64,000 nt of DNA, from contig NC_068982.1 in NCBI RefSeq assembly GCF_001194135.2, positions 46,963,854 to 47,027,853 of the forward strand, written 5' to 3'. Positions 24,159 through 37,221 of this stretch are shown piece by piece. Under the pieces are notes generated by a model. The model was not told where the DNA came from. It saw only the letters and a program-made list of their open reading frames with translations, and did no database searches. Position numbers and translations under genes: made by a program. How positions within the stretch are numbered: position 1 is the stretch's first letter; every line of letters begins with the position of its first letter. The stretch comes from Octopus bimaculoides (lineage: Eukaryota).

Positions 24159-24502
24159 ATCCTTATGCAGTAAGAAAAATTATTTATAAAATAACGACTG
24201 AAGAACTACAAAATTTCTAGCAAAGAATAAAAGAAAATTAACACAAACAATCACAAAAACATTAACAATAGATATTAAAAGCAAAAGTAAGTTTGATTTT
24301 TGCTCTACAGAACCAATGCAAGCCACTAAACGCTATAATTAATAAAGCAAAAGTTAGCATTAAGTGCAGACTATGCAATCAGTACCATGAAATGCCTGAC
24401 TGTGTTATTTCTAACAGTCCAATTCTTGCAAACTCTGAGTATATCTACTATAATAAATGTGAATGTCAGTGTATCAGTCTGTCACATTTTTTCAACTTTA
24501 CT

Positions 24503-25085
24503 CCTGGAACTTTGGATTCTCAGGTTTTCATTATTGCAATTGTTTCCAGCGATTTTTTACGTGATTTTTTGAGAGAATCAGGCCGACTCTGCAAGTAAAT
24601 TAAAAACATTCCAGGCTGAATCCAGACTAGCAATCCTGAAATTTTGGATTCCCAAGTTTTCATTACTGCGATTGTTTCTGGCAAATTTTTTACACAACAT
24701 TTTGCAACAAATTTTTTTTGTATGATAATAATTATTATAATCTAAAGGCCGACTCTGTAAGTAAATTAAAAACATTCTGGGCCAAATCCGGACCCGCACC
24801 CCTGGAACTTTGGATTCTCAGGTTTTCATTATAGCAATTGTTCCCAGCGATTTTTTACGTGATTTTTTGAGAGAAATCTTTTTGTACAATGAAATTTTTT
24901 ATAACTTGGAAATAAATTTTGAAAATAATTAAAATTAATTGCAAAATCCAGCATTTATTTTAAGCATTTCTTTTACGTGATCTTCTACGATGAATATGAT
25001 CATAATTGAGATATGACTCTGGATGAAGCAATTGCAACAAATTCTCCAAAACAAGTCAGATATCTGTTTGCAAATCTTCTCATTC
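24503..25085 (+). mobile_element. Helitron remnant with internal tandem repeats
   Basis: About 2.5 copies of a CCTGGAACTTTGGATTCTCAGG unit; MTLDEAIATNSPKQVRYLFANLL at 25013 resembles the RepHel segment between Rep and helicase. Confidence 0.6.
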
Positions 25086-25509
25086 AGGGTCAATAGCTTA
25101 TCAGTCATATACTATCTTAAAAACCACCCGGTAGGGCAGCTTTTAAGCTAGTCTAGAAATAGGATTGAGTCAGTAACAATATCCAGAAAAATGAGAAGTG
25201 GCATAAATCATGGAACGTGTGCATGCAGAACGGTTTCATTACTCTGCTGGCATCTAAGACAGGCCCAGCTATAGCACTTTCATGTAGAGTTTATCTCAAA
25301 CCAACAATGCTTCCAAATAGTCGTGCTAAACCAGAAATGTCTAAATTCTATCCAAAGTCTCAAAGCCAAAACAACTCTGCAACAGGCTTCCTAATTGATT
25401 CTTATTGATACTCAGAGTTCCTCCAAGATTGTCATTAATCACTCTCGCCTGCCAATAGTCCCCTATAGAATACTAATGTTGAAGCTTTACTGAGCTGCAT
25501 TGTAGAGTA

Positions 25510-25760
25510 AAAAAGGTAAAGGTTACCTTCTCGAGTTATGCCAACTCATAAAGACCAGTTTCCATGGTATATAAATTCCTCACCTGGACGGGACACCAGT
25601 CCGTCACAGGGATACTCATTTTTGCCAGCTGAGTGGACTGGAGCAATGTTAAATGAAGTGTCCTGCTCAAGAACACAATGTGTTGCTGAGTCCAGGAATT
25701 GAAACTACAACCTTACTATCATAAGTCCAACACTCTAACCACTAAGCCACACACATCCAC
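25510..25760 (-). mobile_element. Family C SINE
   Basis: TTTGCCAGCTGAGTGGACTGGAGCAA core and tRNA-like head. Confidence 0.75.
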
Positions 25761-26418
25761 TACTTAGTAGAGTATGAGACAATATTTCAGACAATATCAA
25801 GCATTCCACCAGACAAGTAATGCGCTCAGTGGAACTTCAATGTAATGAGTCAGATGCATGTGAATATTTCTGACTGTATGGTAAGGCTGTACTTCAAATC
25901 AGAAATCTTGAGTCACTAGCAAAAATAATTCTCAATTTAGTGCCAAATAAATTCACCATAGAAAGTTTTAGGAAGATAATTTTTTTTTTGTCTGAACTAA
26001 AAATGGCCTATAAGCCACTACATAAGTTTTATGTCAGCTGTTAATGATTTCAGATTGTATCCACATAAATACTATTATCTGAAGTCATCTAAACTAAAAG
26101 AACATATCAAAAATCTTACAAGCTCAAAGTAAATGTAATGGCTATAAAATTTCTAATTTATCATGTCAGCACAAGCTGGAAGATTTTTTTGTTCCTTGGC
26201 TTTTACTTTCCGTTTCATCTAATTCTCTTTATACCTTCTTATTTTTAAATCTCTTCTAGTTTTTCTTCACAAATTTCTAATCATTTTAATTTCTCACTTT
26301 TGTTCTTTCCCCATAATAAATATGCCACTTCGTTTTTTTCTTTTCTTTCTTTTTTTATCTCTTATATATTCTAAGTTGTCTATCAGACATTTCTAACTAT
26401 ATAGATAGTTAAAGTGGA

Positions 26419-26422
<4 letters not shown>

Positions 26423-26498
<76 letters not shown>
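26423..26498. repeat. (GA)n microsatellite
   Basis: Read directly. Confidence 0.95.
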
Positions 26499-26501
<3 letters not shown>

Positions 26502-27026
26502 CTGAAGCTCTTGCTGCTTAACTTTGATGATCAGGTAGAAATCAATATTTTCTACAAGATAAATGAAAATAAAGGTGCATGGATGAATGAATAAGAATTT
26601 TGCTTTGCAGTCACAGAATTATAGGTCTGATCCTGCAATGAGTTCTAACTACAAGAGCCTCAAGTCAATACAAGACATACAAAGGAAATTTGGCAAGCAA
26701 AAGTTAAGTGAATATTCATTGGTTATTTCTACACTAAATACTACATATTAACCTTCAGAAGAAGGATGAATTAATTTATCCATATTACATGGCTTCAAAA
26801 TAGCACTGAAATCGATCCAATTGCAAATTCTCTCGGCAGTAAACCAGTACTGTTGACGGGGTCATCTAGGATTTATAGTAACCCTTTAGGTCTCCTTATC
26901 AATTGCAGTGATCTGAAATGGTCTGTTGAGCTCCACCTCACTACATTATGTAAGAACAGGAACAATAATTTAAATTTTTCACTGCTGCCACTGCTACTAC
27001 CACCACCACCACCATATATATACATA

Positions 27027-27126
<100 letters not shown>

Positions 27127-27137
27127 GAGAGAGAGTA

Positions 27138-27967
27138 CAGTGAATATATTGTCTAAATTATGCAAAAGTGAAAATAACACTGATATTTCATTTTAGCTGA
27201 TACATTTACTCAAATTACATAAAGGTATCTTGAAATACTAAAGAGTAAATTTATTCAATAAAATCACCATTGGCTTCAACCGTGGCCTTCAGACAACTTT
27301 GAAATCTCCTGCAACTCTTCTGGATGGTCTCCTTGTTTAAGTTGGTGAATGCTGCCATAATCCTTGCCTTCAGTTTATCTTTGGTGTTACAAGGAGTTTT
27401 GTTGGTCTCTCACTCAACTGCGCCCCACACATAATAATCAAGGGGGGTTGCTGTCTGGGTAGTTAGGTGGCCAGATGTTAGGGGTGGTGTGGTCGCAGAA
27501 ATTGCCTGACAGCTACGACTGGATTCTCCTGCTTGTGTGTCATAGTGCAGAGTTGTTATCAGACATAGGGTCTTTCAGCAATCACCGCCTTGACCCAAGG
27601 CAGCATTACCTTCTCCAGGCAGTTGATGTAGGCCTCCATGTTAAGTGTGAGGCTGTGTGGGAAGATGAATGGAGACATAACGTCACCATCACTAATGATC
27701 ACTCTCAGTACATATTTTGGGGACACAGCAAGCCAACAGTTGTTCAGTGTGTTCACCATCAGTTCATATTAGAACTTCTGGCATGAATGCTAAACAGTAC
27801 AACATGTCATTTTCAAATTTCTGGCTGAGTAGACTGTGTCATGGTACTGTTTTTCTCACAGATGGTGCCCAACCGACCCTACTATACTGTGTAGTCAACA
27901 AAATCAAAAGTAATCAATGCACATGCATGAAATAAAAAAATGGCAACAATTTGCCCATCACACCTTG
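27138..27967 (-). mobile_element. Internally deleted maT/DD37D-type transposon
   Basis: DGDVMSPFIFPHSLTLNMEAYINCLEKVMLPWV and NIWPPNYPDSNP/LDYYVWGA (Asp at the third catalytic position); TA at 27136. Confidence 0.8.
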
Positions 27968-27997
27968 TGCTTATATATATATATATATATATATATA

Positions 27998-28450
27998 CAT
28001 GGTGTAACAGGTAAATTGAAACAAGTTTCAAATGGGTATATTTCTAACTGTATAGATTTTCTTGGGGTCTAAATTCTAAACACTACCAGCATGAATAAGC
28101 ACTTGTATTATTTTCTATCTCTTACTGAACAAATTATGAATGTCATTAAAGAATTAAACCGTGGAAGTGTAATTGCCAAATTATTCCATACCAGCAAAAG
28201 TGCTGGGGAGATTGTTAGAGCCACAAAGGAGCCAAATCTACTGTTTTTAGAGTTGCAGCCAATTTAGAGAAAAGTCGGGCTGTTCAGAGAAAGTCTCACA
28301 ATCTCTGCATTGACCAAAAATGCTCACCTTGCTTCTTAGCAGAACTTTCAAGATCGATTAAGTCAAACTCATCAAAACCGATGGTGAAGTTGGATCAAGA
28401 TTTGAGGAATCAGCAAAATGACCATTTCTAAGGCTGTAAGACAAGACCAC
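27998..28450 (+). mobile_element. 5' part of a second maT/Tc1-like transposon
   Basis: TA|CATGGTGTAACAGGTAAATTG terminus; ATG at 28136 gives MNVIKELNRGSVIAKL...KSTVFRV...ISKMTISKAVRQD (HTH-like N-terminus). Confidence 0.65.
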
Positions 28451-28469
28451 CATGTGAAATTGTACACGA

Positions 28470-28830
28470 GGAGACATCATAACACCCTAACTACCTGCTC
28501 CAAAGCTATTCAAGCTGAAAGAAATCCCAAACTTCTTAGTCATCTGAATCATCCGCATCTGATGACGGGTCAATACCCAGAAAATCGGGTTCGTGTATAT
28601 CACGTCAGGCTGGAGATGGGAACAATGACCTCCCTTAGCAAATACAGATAGGGCACAGAAAGTGTGTCAATAACCAGCTGGAGGAGATGTCTTCCTGGTG
28701 CTACAAGCTACAGTAGCATCAACCCTTAAGGGTTAGCCACATTTAGGTGGCAAATATACTTCACGATATCATGCGGCTACTGTTCATACTTCATTCAGAG
28801 ATTTATTATATATATATTTTATCGTATCTC
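28470..28830 (+). mobile_element. Putative Penelope-like terminal-repeat remnant with hammerhead-like core
   Basis: CTGATGA-C-GGGT(CAAT)ACCC-A-GAAA-ATC at 28559-28586; 28720-28805 is homologous to 43045-43165. Confidence 0.45.
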
Positions 28831-29184
28831 ATGAGCAGACTTCAAATGGAAAAGTGAAGAAAATTATAAACACTTGAAGAATACATGAAGGGACAATGTT
28901 AATTAGGCTACGGGGCTTAATGCCCACATGAATACTTAACAAAATTTGGCAACTACTACTAAAAGGGAGCCACTATGTAGTCACTCAACCAGCTAGAAAT
29001 AGTTAGTTGATAAATTTACTTCACATCAAATCCCACCAGATTTATCTGTCATCCTTTACTTGCTTCAATCATTGGGCTGCAGCCATGCTGGTGAACCACC
29101 TTGAAGGGTTTATTTGAACAAATAGACCACAGTACTTATTATCTTTTCTTCGATATTTTTAAAGCCTACTACTTATTTTATCAC

Positions 29185-30090
29185 TCTTCAGAGACCCCTT
29201 CTTCTTCCACACCAAACTACTCACTTAGAACTTGCTCAGTAACCTCAGACCTGAGATGTTCACAACTGGAAGAAAGTTTTATCCTCAGATGAGAAGAAAC
29301 TCAACTGTGATGGTCCTGATGGTTTCCAACGATATTAGCATGCAAAAGATATTCCACCAGAGACTTTTTCAAGTGGTGAAGGCTCTATCATGGTGTGGGG
29401 GTGCTTTCTCATACAAAGGAATTATGGAACTTCATGTTATGCAGGGGCATCAAACAGCAACTGGCTGGTGACATGTTGGAGTGGGTATCGCTCTTGACTG
29501 AAGGCTATCATTTGTGTGGGGAAGGCTGGATTTATCAAGATAATAATGCTACAATCCATAATGCTTGCAGGCCAAAGGGTTTCTTCAGAACAAATAATGT
29601 TCATCTTTTGAATCATTCTCCATGTTCTCCTGATCTAAACCCCATCAAAAATCTTTGGGGATGGATGGCAAAAGACATTTAGAAAAATAGAACACTGTGG
29701 ATGCTCCTTGCCAGGCAATCTTCACCACATGGCATAACATTCTGGACAACCTCCTGCAAATGCTTGTGTCAAGTATGCCACAGGGAATTTTTGAAGTTAT
29801 TTGCAGGAATGGTAGAGCTACTAACTATCGAGTCCCCTAGTTAACTATTTATTTGTTGTTTTCATTTTTATCATTTATCATGGTTTTAAACTTTTGACCA
29901 GGCAAAATATAGCTAGTTTTCATACAATGCATATTTTGTGCATTAAATGTTAAACATTTCTTTAGGTTTTCATATATCTTTTTCTATTTGCCAATAATGA
30001 ATCTATAATGAAAAATAGTTAAATGCATCAGTCTACAAAGAGTTCATTTCAGCAGTTTTTTCACTGGGCTTAAGATTTTGTCCAGCAGTG
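29185..30090 (+). mobile_element. Tc1/Tc3-like transposon 3' portion
   Basis: WKKVLSSDEKKLNCDGPDG, IMVWGAFS, QDNNATIH and SPDLNPIKNLWG motifs; terminal TTTTGTCCAGCAGTG. Confidence 0.85.
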
Positions 30091-30288
30091 TGTGTGTGTG
30101 TACAATGGGTTTCTTTCTGTCTATGTCTGCCAAATTCACTCACAAGGTTTTGGTTGGCCAAGGGTTATAGTAGAAGACACTTGTCCAAGTTGGCATCTTG
30201 AAAACAAAATGTGATAATCACAACCAAAGCACCTTTCATTATAGGCTTAAGCAATCTGGGCTGATCTAGGACATAAACAACAAAACCA

Positions 30289-30289
<1 letters not shown>

Positions 30290-30350
<61 letters not shown>

Positions 30351-30367
30351 CACAACTACTACTACTA
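30290..30367. repeat. (CTA)n microsatellite
   Basis: Read directly. Confidence 0.95.
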
Positions 30368-31089
30368 AGAAGGTTCCATTATGTGGCTGCTCAACCTGCT
30401 AGAAGTAGCTAGTTGCCAAATTCTGCCATCTCAGAAAAATGAAAATAAAAGAAAAAGAGAAAAGTATGATAATCACAGACAACGAAACACCTTTCATCAC
30501 AGGTTTGCACAATCAAGACTGATCAAGGAGATAAACAACAACAACTGCTACTGCTACTACTACTGCTGCTGTTGCTGCTGCTGCTGTGTTGTGGCCCCGG
30601 GCAAGATGCATAACTCTGCATGCTCAAGTCTTCCTGTCTGACATAAAACAAGTTTCCGATCCACACAATCTCCACTTTAACAGATGAGTGGTTAGCAGTA
30701 AGGAGAGCAACAAGCTGGAAAATTAATTGCTCCAAAAATAATCATCACAAATGTCGAAAAAAAAAAAATTCAAGTGAAATAGTGTAAAACAAGCCAAAAA
30801 AAAAATGGAATGAATTGTTAATAAAAATGGAAAGTTATGAACATAATTTTCTTTGTTTTTATTTTTGGGCTTTTTTCCTTAAATGTTTTTTTTTAGTTAA
30901 AATCACAATTTTTATAGGGATTTTTTTTCCATATTTTGGTAATTAGGTACACAATCACAAGATATCATGATGGAACATTTCTACACATACACACAAACAA
31001 ACATAAACACAGGTGTTCATACAACCACAGAAACATTAATTCACACACACATTCTCATGTGCATACTTACACATTCACTCACACACAAG

Positions 31090-31146
<57 letters not shown>

Positions 31147-31399
31147 ACATACACATTCTTCCCTACTAAACATAACAATTAGACTTATTTTATTGCAAGC
31201 CAATAAAGAAGCATCTTACATAGTGAATTGACTTGCTAGTAATAGAAGCCAAATTCATTGCTAAAATACCTTCAATTATATGTACATTCCATTAGGGAAG
31301 AAACTGAGTCTAAACATTTACTGTAATGTATGCTGAAGAAGTTTCTACATGTCATTCAACCTACTAAAGACAGTAGCCAAATTTCCTTCAAACAAATCA

Positions 31400-31541
31400 A
31401 CCACAGGACTTACTCTTTGTAAGCCTGGTACTTATTCTATTGGTCTCTTTTGCCAAACCAAGTTACAGGGATGTAAGCACACCAACAGTGGTTGTCAAGC
31501 AGTGGTGGGGGACAAACACAGACACAAAGACACACACATAC

Positions 31542-31575
<34 letters not shown>

Positions 31576-31583
31576 ATACATAC

Positions 31584-31645
<62 letters not shown>

Positions 31646-32190
31646 ATGATGCGTTTCTTTCAGTTTCTGTCTACCAAATTCACTCACAAGGCTTCGGTCA
31701 GCTTGAGGCTATCGTATAAGACACTTGCCCAAGGTGCCACACAGTGGGATTGAACCCAGAACCATGCAGTTGGGAAGCAAGCTTCTTACCACACAGCCAG
31801 TCGTTTGACTGTGGCCAAACTGGGGCACATCCTTGAAGGATTTTAGTCTTATTTTTTAAAACCTGATACTTATTCTATCAGTCCCTTTTGCCAAACCACT
31901 AAGTTATAGGAACATAAACAAACCAACACTGGTTGTCAAGGGGTAATCAACACAAAGCACACACACAGACATGTATACATATATACACATATACATACAC
32001 AAACACATACATACATACATACATTTATGACAAGCTTACTTTCAGTTTCCATCTACTAAATCCACTCACAAGGCTTTGGCTACCCAGTGCTACAGTAGAA
32101 GACACTTGCCCAAGATTCCACACAGTAGAATTAAACCTGAAACCATGTGGTTGGGTAGCTAACTTCTTATTGTACAGCCACACCTGCCTA
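31400..32190 (-). mobile_element. Two tandem family A SINEs with internal microsatellites
   Basis: Heads at 31640-31800 and 32040-32190, each with a 3' half. Confidence 0.75.
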
Positions 32191-32301
32191 CATTATGAAA
32201 TTGTATTTTTCTAAAATTTATGGTCAATCAAACCTCTAGAAATAGTAACCAAATCTACCTGCAAATAACACTGTTTTACATAGAGAAATGATACATTGGA
32301 A

Positions 32302-32558
32302 CAGTAGTTCTCAACTATTTTTTACTTATGGACACCCATTAGTTTCTATTTTGCTCAGTTGGATCCTCATAGCCATTCAATGGCTAAAGACTTCTGTTGT
32401 ATTTTTACAAGTAAATATTAGAAATTGTACTTTAAAAAAAATTGTTAAAAGATTTTGTGTATTGTAGAAACAACCAGTTTATTGCACATAAAGTTTTAGC
32501 AACAAAATCTCATGTGGACCCTACCAAGGGTCATTTGGACCCTGGTTGAGAACCACTG
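32302..32558. mobile_element. hAT MITE, same family as 21545-21801
   Basis: TIR CAGTAGTTCTCAAC / GTTGAGAACCACTG; TSD CATTGGAA/CATTAGAT. Confidence 0.85.
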
Positions 32559-33121
32559 CATTAGATGGTGTAGTTCAAGATTCTCCAAAGCAGACAAAAT
32601 GGTCATAGCTGGAATACATTTCATAAATCTGTTCAATTTATGCTGACCTATGGCTGGACAAGAACAGCTTTTAAAATTTATCACATTACAGATAAGATTT
32701 TAATATTTACTGAGCAAAATTTTGTTTTCAAATTATTTTGGCTTTTCGGTAATGCATTTGCATCATACAGCAATTGGCAGCTAATCTAAGATTTTGATAA
32801 TTCTATTGATTATAAAGTTTTATGACATTAGAAAAATTACATTAGGATTTCACAAATGCATGTGATTAAACATTTAGGTTAAACCTGATTTCATTTGAAA
32901 ATTATTTAAGATAAAAAAAAGATATATATATATATAAGGAAGACTTTATATGGTCACTTGACCAGGTAAATATAGCAACCAAATCTCTATCATAATAATT
33001 ACATTTCATGGGTTCAAACCCAATGTGCTGTACCTTGGGTAAGCATCTTCTACGATAGCCCCAGGTCAACCAAAGTTTTTTGTGAGTGGATTTGCTACAC
33101 AAGTGACACAAAGATGCCCAT

Positions 33122-33375
33122 GTGGAGGCACATGGCTTAGTGGTTACAGTGTTAAACTCATGATCGTAAGATTGTGGTTTCTATTCCTGGACTGGACAAT
33201 GCATTGTGTTCTTGAGCAAAACACTTCATTTCACGTTGCTCCAGTCCACTCAGTTTATAAAAATGAGTAATCCTGCGATGGACTCGTGTCCCATCCAAGT
33301 GGGGAATTTATACACCAGGAAACTGGGAAACCAGCCCTTATGAATCACCACAACTTGAAAAAGTAACTTTACTTT
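33122..33375 (+). mobile_element. Family C SINE
   Basis: GGAGGCACATGGCTTAGTGGTTA head and TTGAGCAAAACACTT core. Confidence 0.8.
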
Positions 33376-33389
33376 TTTTCTTTAAAGAA

Positions 33390-34020
33390 GCCCATTGCAT
33401 GTGTGTGTTTACCTTGACATCATGTGATGGCTGTAAATGAGCATCACCATTATTCAAGTGATGTCATTTGTTTCCAGTCTTCCATGAAAAACCTGTCTAG
33501 CCATATGGAAATATATCTTACATGGAAACAGATGAGGGTTGGCAACAGGAAGTATATCTAGCTGTTAAAAATCTGCCTTGATGAATTTCTGTCTCACCTT
33601 CACAAGCATGGATAAGTGGACATTAAAATGATGATGATGATGATCATCATCATCATCATGATCATGATCATGATGTAAGTGTTAGGGTTAGTAACCCACT
33701 GGTGTTGGGGCCACATAAAAAGCACCCAGTAAGCTTCTGTAAAGTGATTGGTGTTAAGAAGGGCATCCATAAGAAACCATACCAGAACAGACATCGCTGG
33801 TGCTGGTGTTGGTGCCACATAAAAAGCACTCAGTCCACATTGTAAGGTGGTTGGTGTTAGAAAGGGCATCCAGCCATAGAAATCATGTCAGAACAGACAA
33901 TGGAGCCTGGTGTTCCCCAGTCCCCAGCCTTACCAGCTCCTGCCAAACTGTCAAATCCATCCCAGCAAGGAAAACAGATGTTAAATGATGATGGTGATGA
34001 TGATGTTAACTGATGATGAT
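33390..34020 (+). mobile_element. Two tandem RTE 3' tails
   Basis: Both end in ATG/CATTAAA(TGA)n-type tails. Confidence 0.7.
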
Positions 34021-34789
34021 ATACTATGTATATGATTTTTATTCACTCATCACTTACATTGTACATTTGCATTCTCCTTTGTTTTTTCAGTCTTTTCATC
34101 CTTGTCTTAACACTTGCAACGTTGTCATTTGATCTTGTCAAATTTCTGCTTGTTCTGGCAATTGTGCAGCATGTCACTTTGGATTTTCTTATACATTCTT
34201 TTCATCGCCTGGTTTTCTATGTTATTTATAAGTTTCTCCCAGAGCATTATTAGTTCTTGTCTTCACAAAATCCCATTCTGCTTGATATATTCCAAATCTC
34301 TCACTTTCATTTCTGCACCTTTGTTCCTTCGTGTTACTTGAGAAAAATATGGCGAATTTAGTTCTGCACAAAACAGATCTAGCTGACTCTGAAGAAGTGG
34401 GGGATGGTGTGGAGTCTGTCACCAGCCCTAAATCTCATGAGGCCAGAGCTTAACCCTCTTAGGATACCCAGGCTGATGCATCAGTCCAAGTGATACAAGC
34501 TGAAAGGTCTTTGAGACCGATCCATCAGTCTGATGGAACAATTGTTGTAAATGGTTGGTTTCCAAGTATAATAGCTAATCAGAGATTGTCTTTCTGTAGA
34601 TGTATCTCAATAGAAAAAAATTTGGTCTTTTCAGGCTACACATACCAAAACACTGTGTGTTTCAAAAGAGTTAATCTGATTCCCATGGCATATAAGCAGC
34701 CGAGGTCACAACATTCCCTGCAGAACTGGAGACTGGTGTGTCACAGGGCAAACTTCTCAGCCATTGCTGCAACTCATTTATAACTGAGT

Positions 34790-35510
34790 GGACCTGGTGC
34801 AGAATGAAATGAAGTGTTTTTGTTTTACTCAAAAACACACAATGCACCACCACCCTGCCAGGAATGAAAACCACGATCTTGCGATTATTAATGCAACACA
34901 CAAACCACTAGGGACATATGCCTTTACTGCTGAATCTGGTTCAAAAATAAAGGATAAAGCTCTTTCACAAGTAATATAGGTTCATAAGGCCATTTTCCAA
35001 GTGTCTGTGGTGAATATATTCCCCCACATGGCTCAGTGGTTAGAGCATCAAGCTCATGATAATGTAGTGAGTTCAATTCCTTAATGGGCCTGTGTGTTGT
35101 GTTCTTGAGCAAGACACTTTATTTCATGTTGCTCCAGTTCACTCAGCTGTAGAAGTGAGTTGCGATGTCACTGGTGCCAAGCTGTATTGGTGTTTGCCTT
35201 TCCCTTGGATAACATCAGTGGCATGGAGAGGGGAGGCTGGTATGCATCAGCAGCTGCTGGTCTTCCATAAACAACCTTGCCCAGATTTGTGCCTCAGAGG
35301 GGAACTTTCTTGGTGCAATCCAACGGTTATTCATGACGGAAGGGGCATCTTAGCTTTATATTCCCCACTTTTTGCCAGCTGAGTGAAAAGGAGCAACATG
35401 AAATGAAGCGTTTTACTAAAGAACACAAAGCATTGCTTAGTCCAGGAATCGAAACCACAATCTTACAATCATGAGTCAAACATATCTGACCACTAAGCCA
35501 CGCACCTCTA
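34790..35510. mobile_element. Cluster of three family C SINEs (-, +, -)
   Basis: Cores at about 34790, 35110 and 35380. Confidence 0.7.
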
Positions 35511-35632
35511 CTCTGAATCTGAACGGCCCTATAAAGTACCAAACTTTTCTACATCCCTTGGTTCTTAGTGTTTCGAAATATTTTTTGGGAACTATGTCTA
35601 ATTTTAAATATCATTATATTTTCTTCAATTTA

Positions 35633-36100
35633 AAGGCAACAAACTGGCAGAATCGTTAGCATGCCAGGCAAAATATTTAGCAGCATTTCATCTGGTTTTA
35701 CTTTCTGAGTTCAAATTCCACTGAGGTCGACTTTGCCTTTCCCCCCTTTCAGAGTTGATAAAATAAGTACCAGTTGTACACTGGGGGAGAGGGGGGGTCA
35801 ATGTAATTGCCTAGCTCCCTCCCTTCAAATTTCAGGGTCTTGCACCTATAGTAGAAAGGATTATATTATCTTCAATTTAAAGGTGGCAAGCTGGTAGAAT
35901 CATTAGTGCATCAGACAAAAATGCTTAGCAGCATTTCTTCTCAATTTTCATGTCATTCTGTGTTCAAATCCCACCATGGTCAACTTTGTCTTTCATTCTT
36001 CCAAGGTCAATAAAATAAAGCACCAGTTACGCGCTGGGGTTCACGTAATCAACTTACCCTTGCCCCTACTGTTGCTGGCCTTGTGGCAGAATTTTAAACA
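35633..36100 (+). mobile_element. Two tandem family B SINEs
   Basis: Both are preceded by ATTATATT(T/A)TCTTCAATTTAAAGG (35613, 35860). Confidence 0.8.
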
Positions 36101-37221
36101 TCACTTTAGTATCTTTCATTTAACCATTTTGTAATGATTTTAATCAATTTCTGTCTCTGTCAAAAAACTCGAGACATAGCCTTTTCAATATTTATTTCAT
36201 TCTCATTAGATTTTTGAATCTTCTGGATGTTTGTCAACCACTCTATTTTCTATTTTGCTTTACTCATTTGTTTATATACTTTAATTGTTTTATGTTGTTG
36301 TGTAGATTTTTTCACATTGTGTAATTGACAAGCTAGACAGATAGCAGGACAAACATTTGTATTAAAGACACACACACCTACATTCATACATACATACATA
36401 CATACATACACACACATACATACAAACACACACACACATACATACATACATACATATACACAAACATACATACATACAAATACATGTACACAAATACACA
36501 CACACACACACACACACACACCTGTACCTATAACACACACATATACACACACACATAAGTACATACATACCTAAATACTCACATACACACACAAATACAT
36601 ATATACATGCACACACACGCACACATACATACATACATACATATCTATATACAGAATAATAGATATTGAAGCTCTATTATATAAATTTTAAAATTTGCTG
36701 AGCATGATGACAAATGTTAAAAGCAATAAAAAGAAAAGTTTAAAAATTACGCTAGCAATTTGTAAGAGAAACTTCCAAGTGTCAAAATTTAGTGAAATAC
36801 AACAAATTCATATCAAAGAAAATTATACTATGATGAAGATAGATTAACATATATGAAAAAAAAAAATAAAAGCTAATGACTATAGTTGAAATAGTTTCAA
36901 GACATTTGAAAAACAAAGCACGCTGCTTCTCAATTAACTCAGTGTACAATAGATTTTATTTACAAAAGTTATAGATGGACTGACATACAGACAGTTGACT
37001 TTAAAACACATCATCATCATCATCAACATCATCATCATTTATCATCATCATCATCACCATTGTCATTATCAGTGTTTCTACATCTGTTTCTTTGATGCCA
37101 GCCTGGATCAAATGAAAGTTACTGAGGCTATATTTCATGGCTGGATGCCTCTCCTATCACCCATCGTTAATTATGTTTCAAATAAGGTATGTTCTATTCG
37201 AATGGCTTTCACATATCTTCT

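Larger units (their letters stand above)
20350..24460 (+). mobile_element. Fossil R4/Dong-like (RLE-type) non-LTR retrotransposon, fragmented
   Basis: Collinear motifs: LLPK..NYRIIT (~20750), GC*DQLL (~21390), LNIA*VDNQK (~21445), FQG (~21900), YVDNLKLYSANDKQLE (22033), RVILKTVLNAK (~22555), HRKSDTDK (~23755), IFALQNQ..KCRLC..EY (24295-24440). Confidence 0.7.

Noticed and set aside
26775-26950. ~58-codon open frame in non-repetitive DNA
   Set aside because: No recognisable domain and no convincing acceptor.
34020-34440. Lys/Cys-rich minus-strand frames
   Set aside because: Multiple stops and no assignable family; probably an old TE.
34454-34670. TTAA-flanked segment suggesting a piggyBac MITE
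   Set aside because: The terminal inverted repeat is only ~5-6 nt with mismatches.
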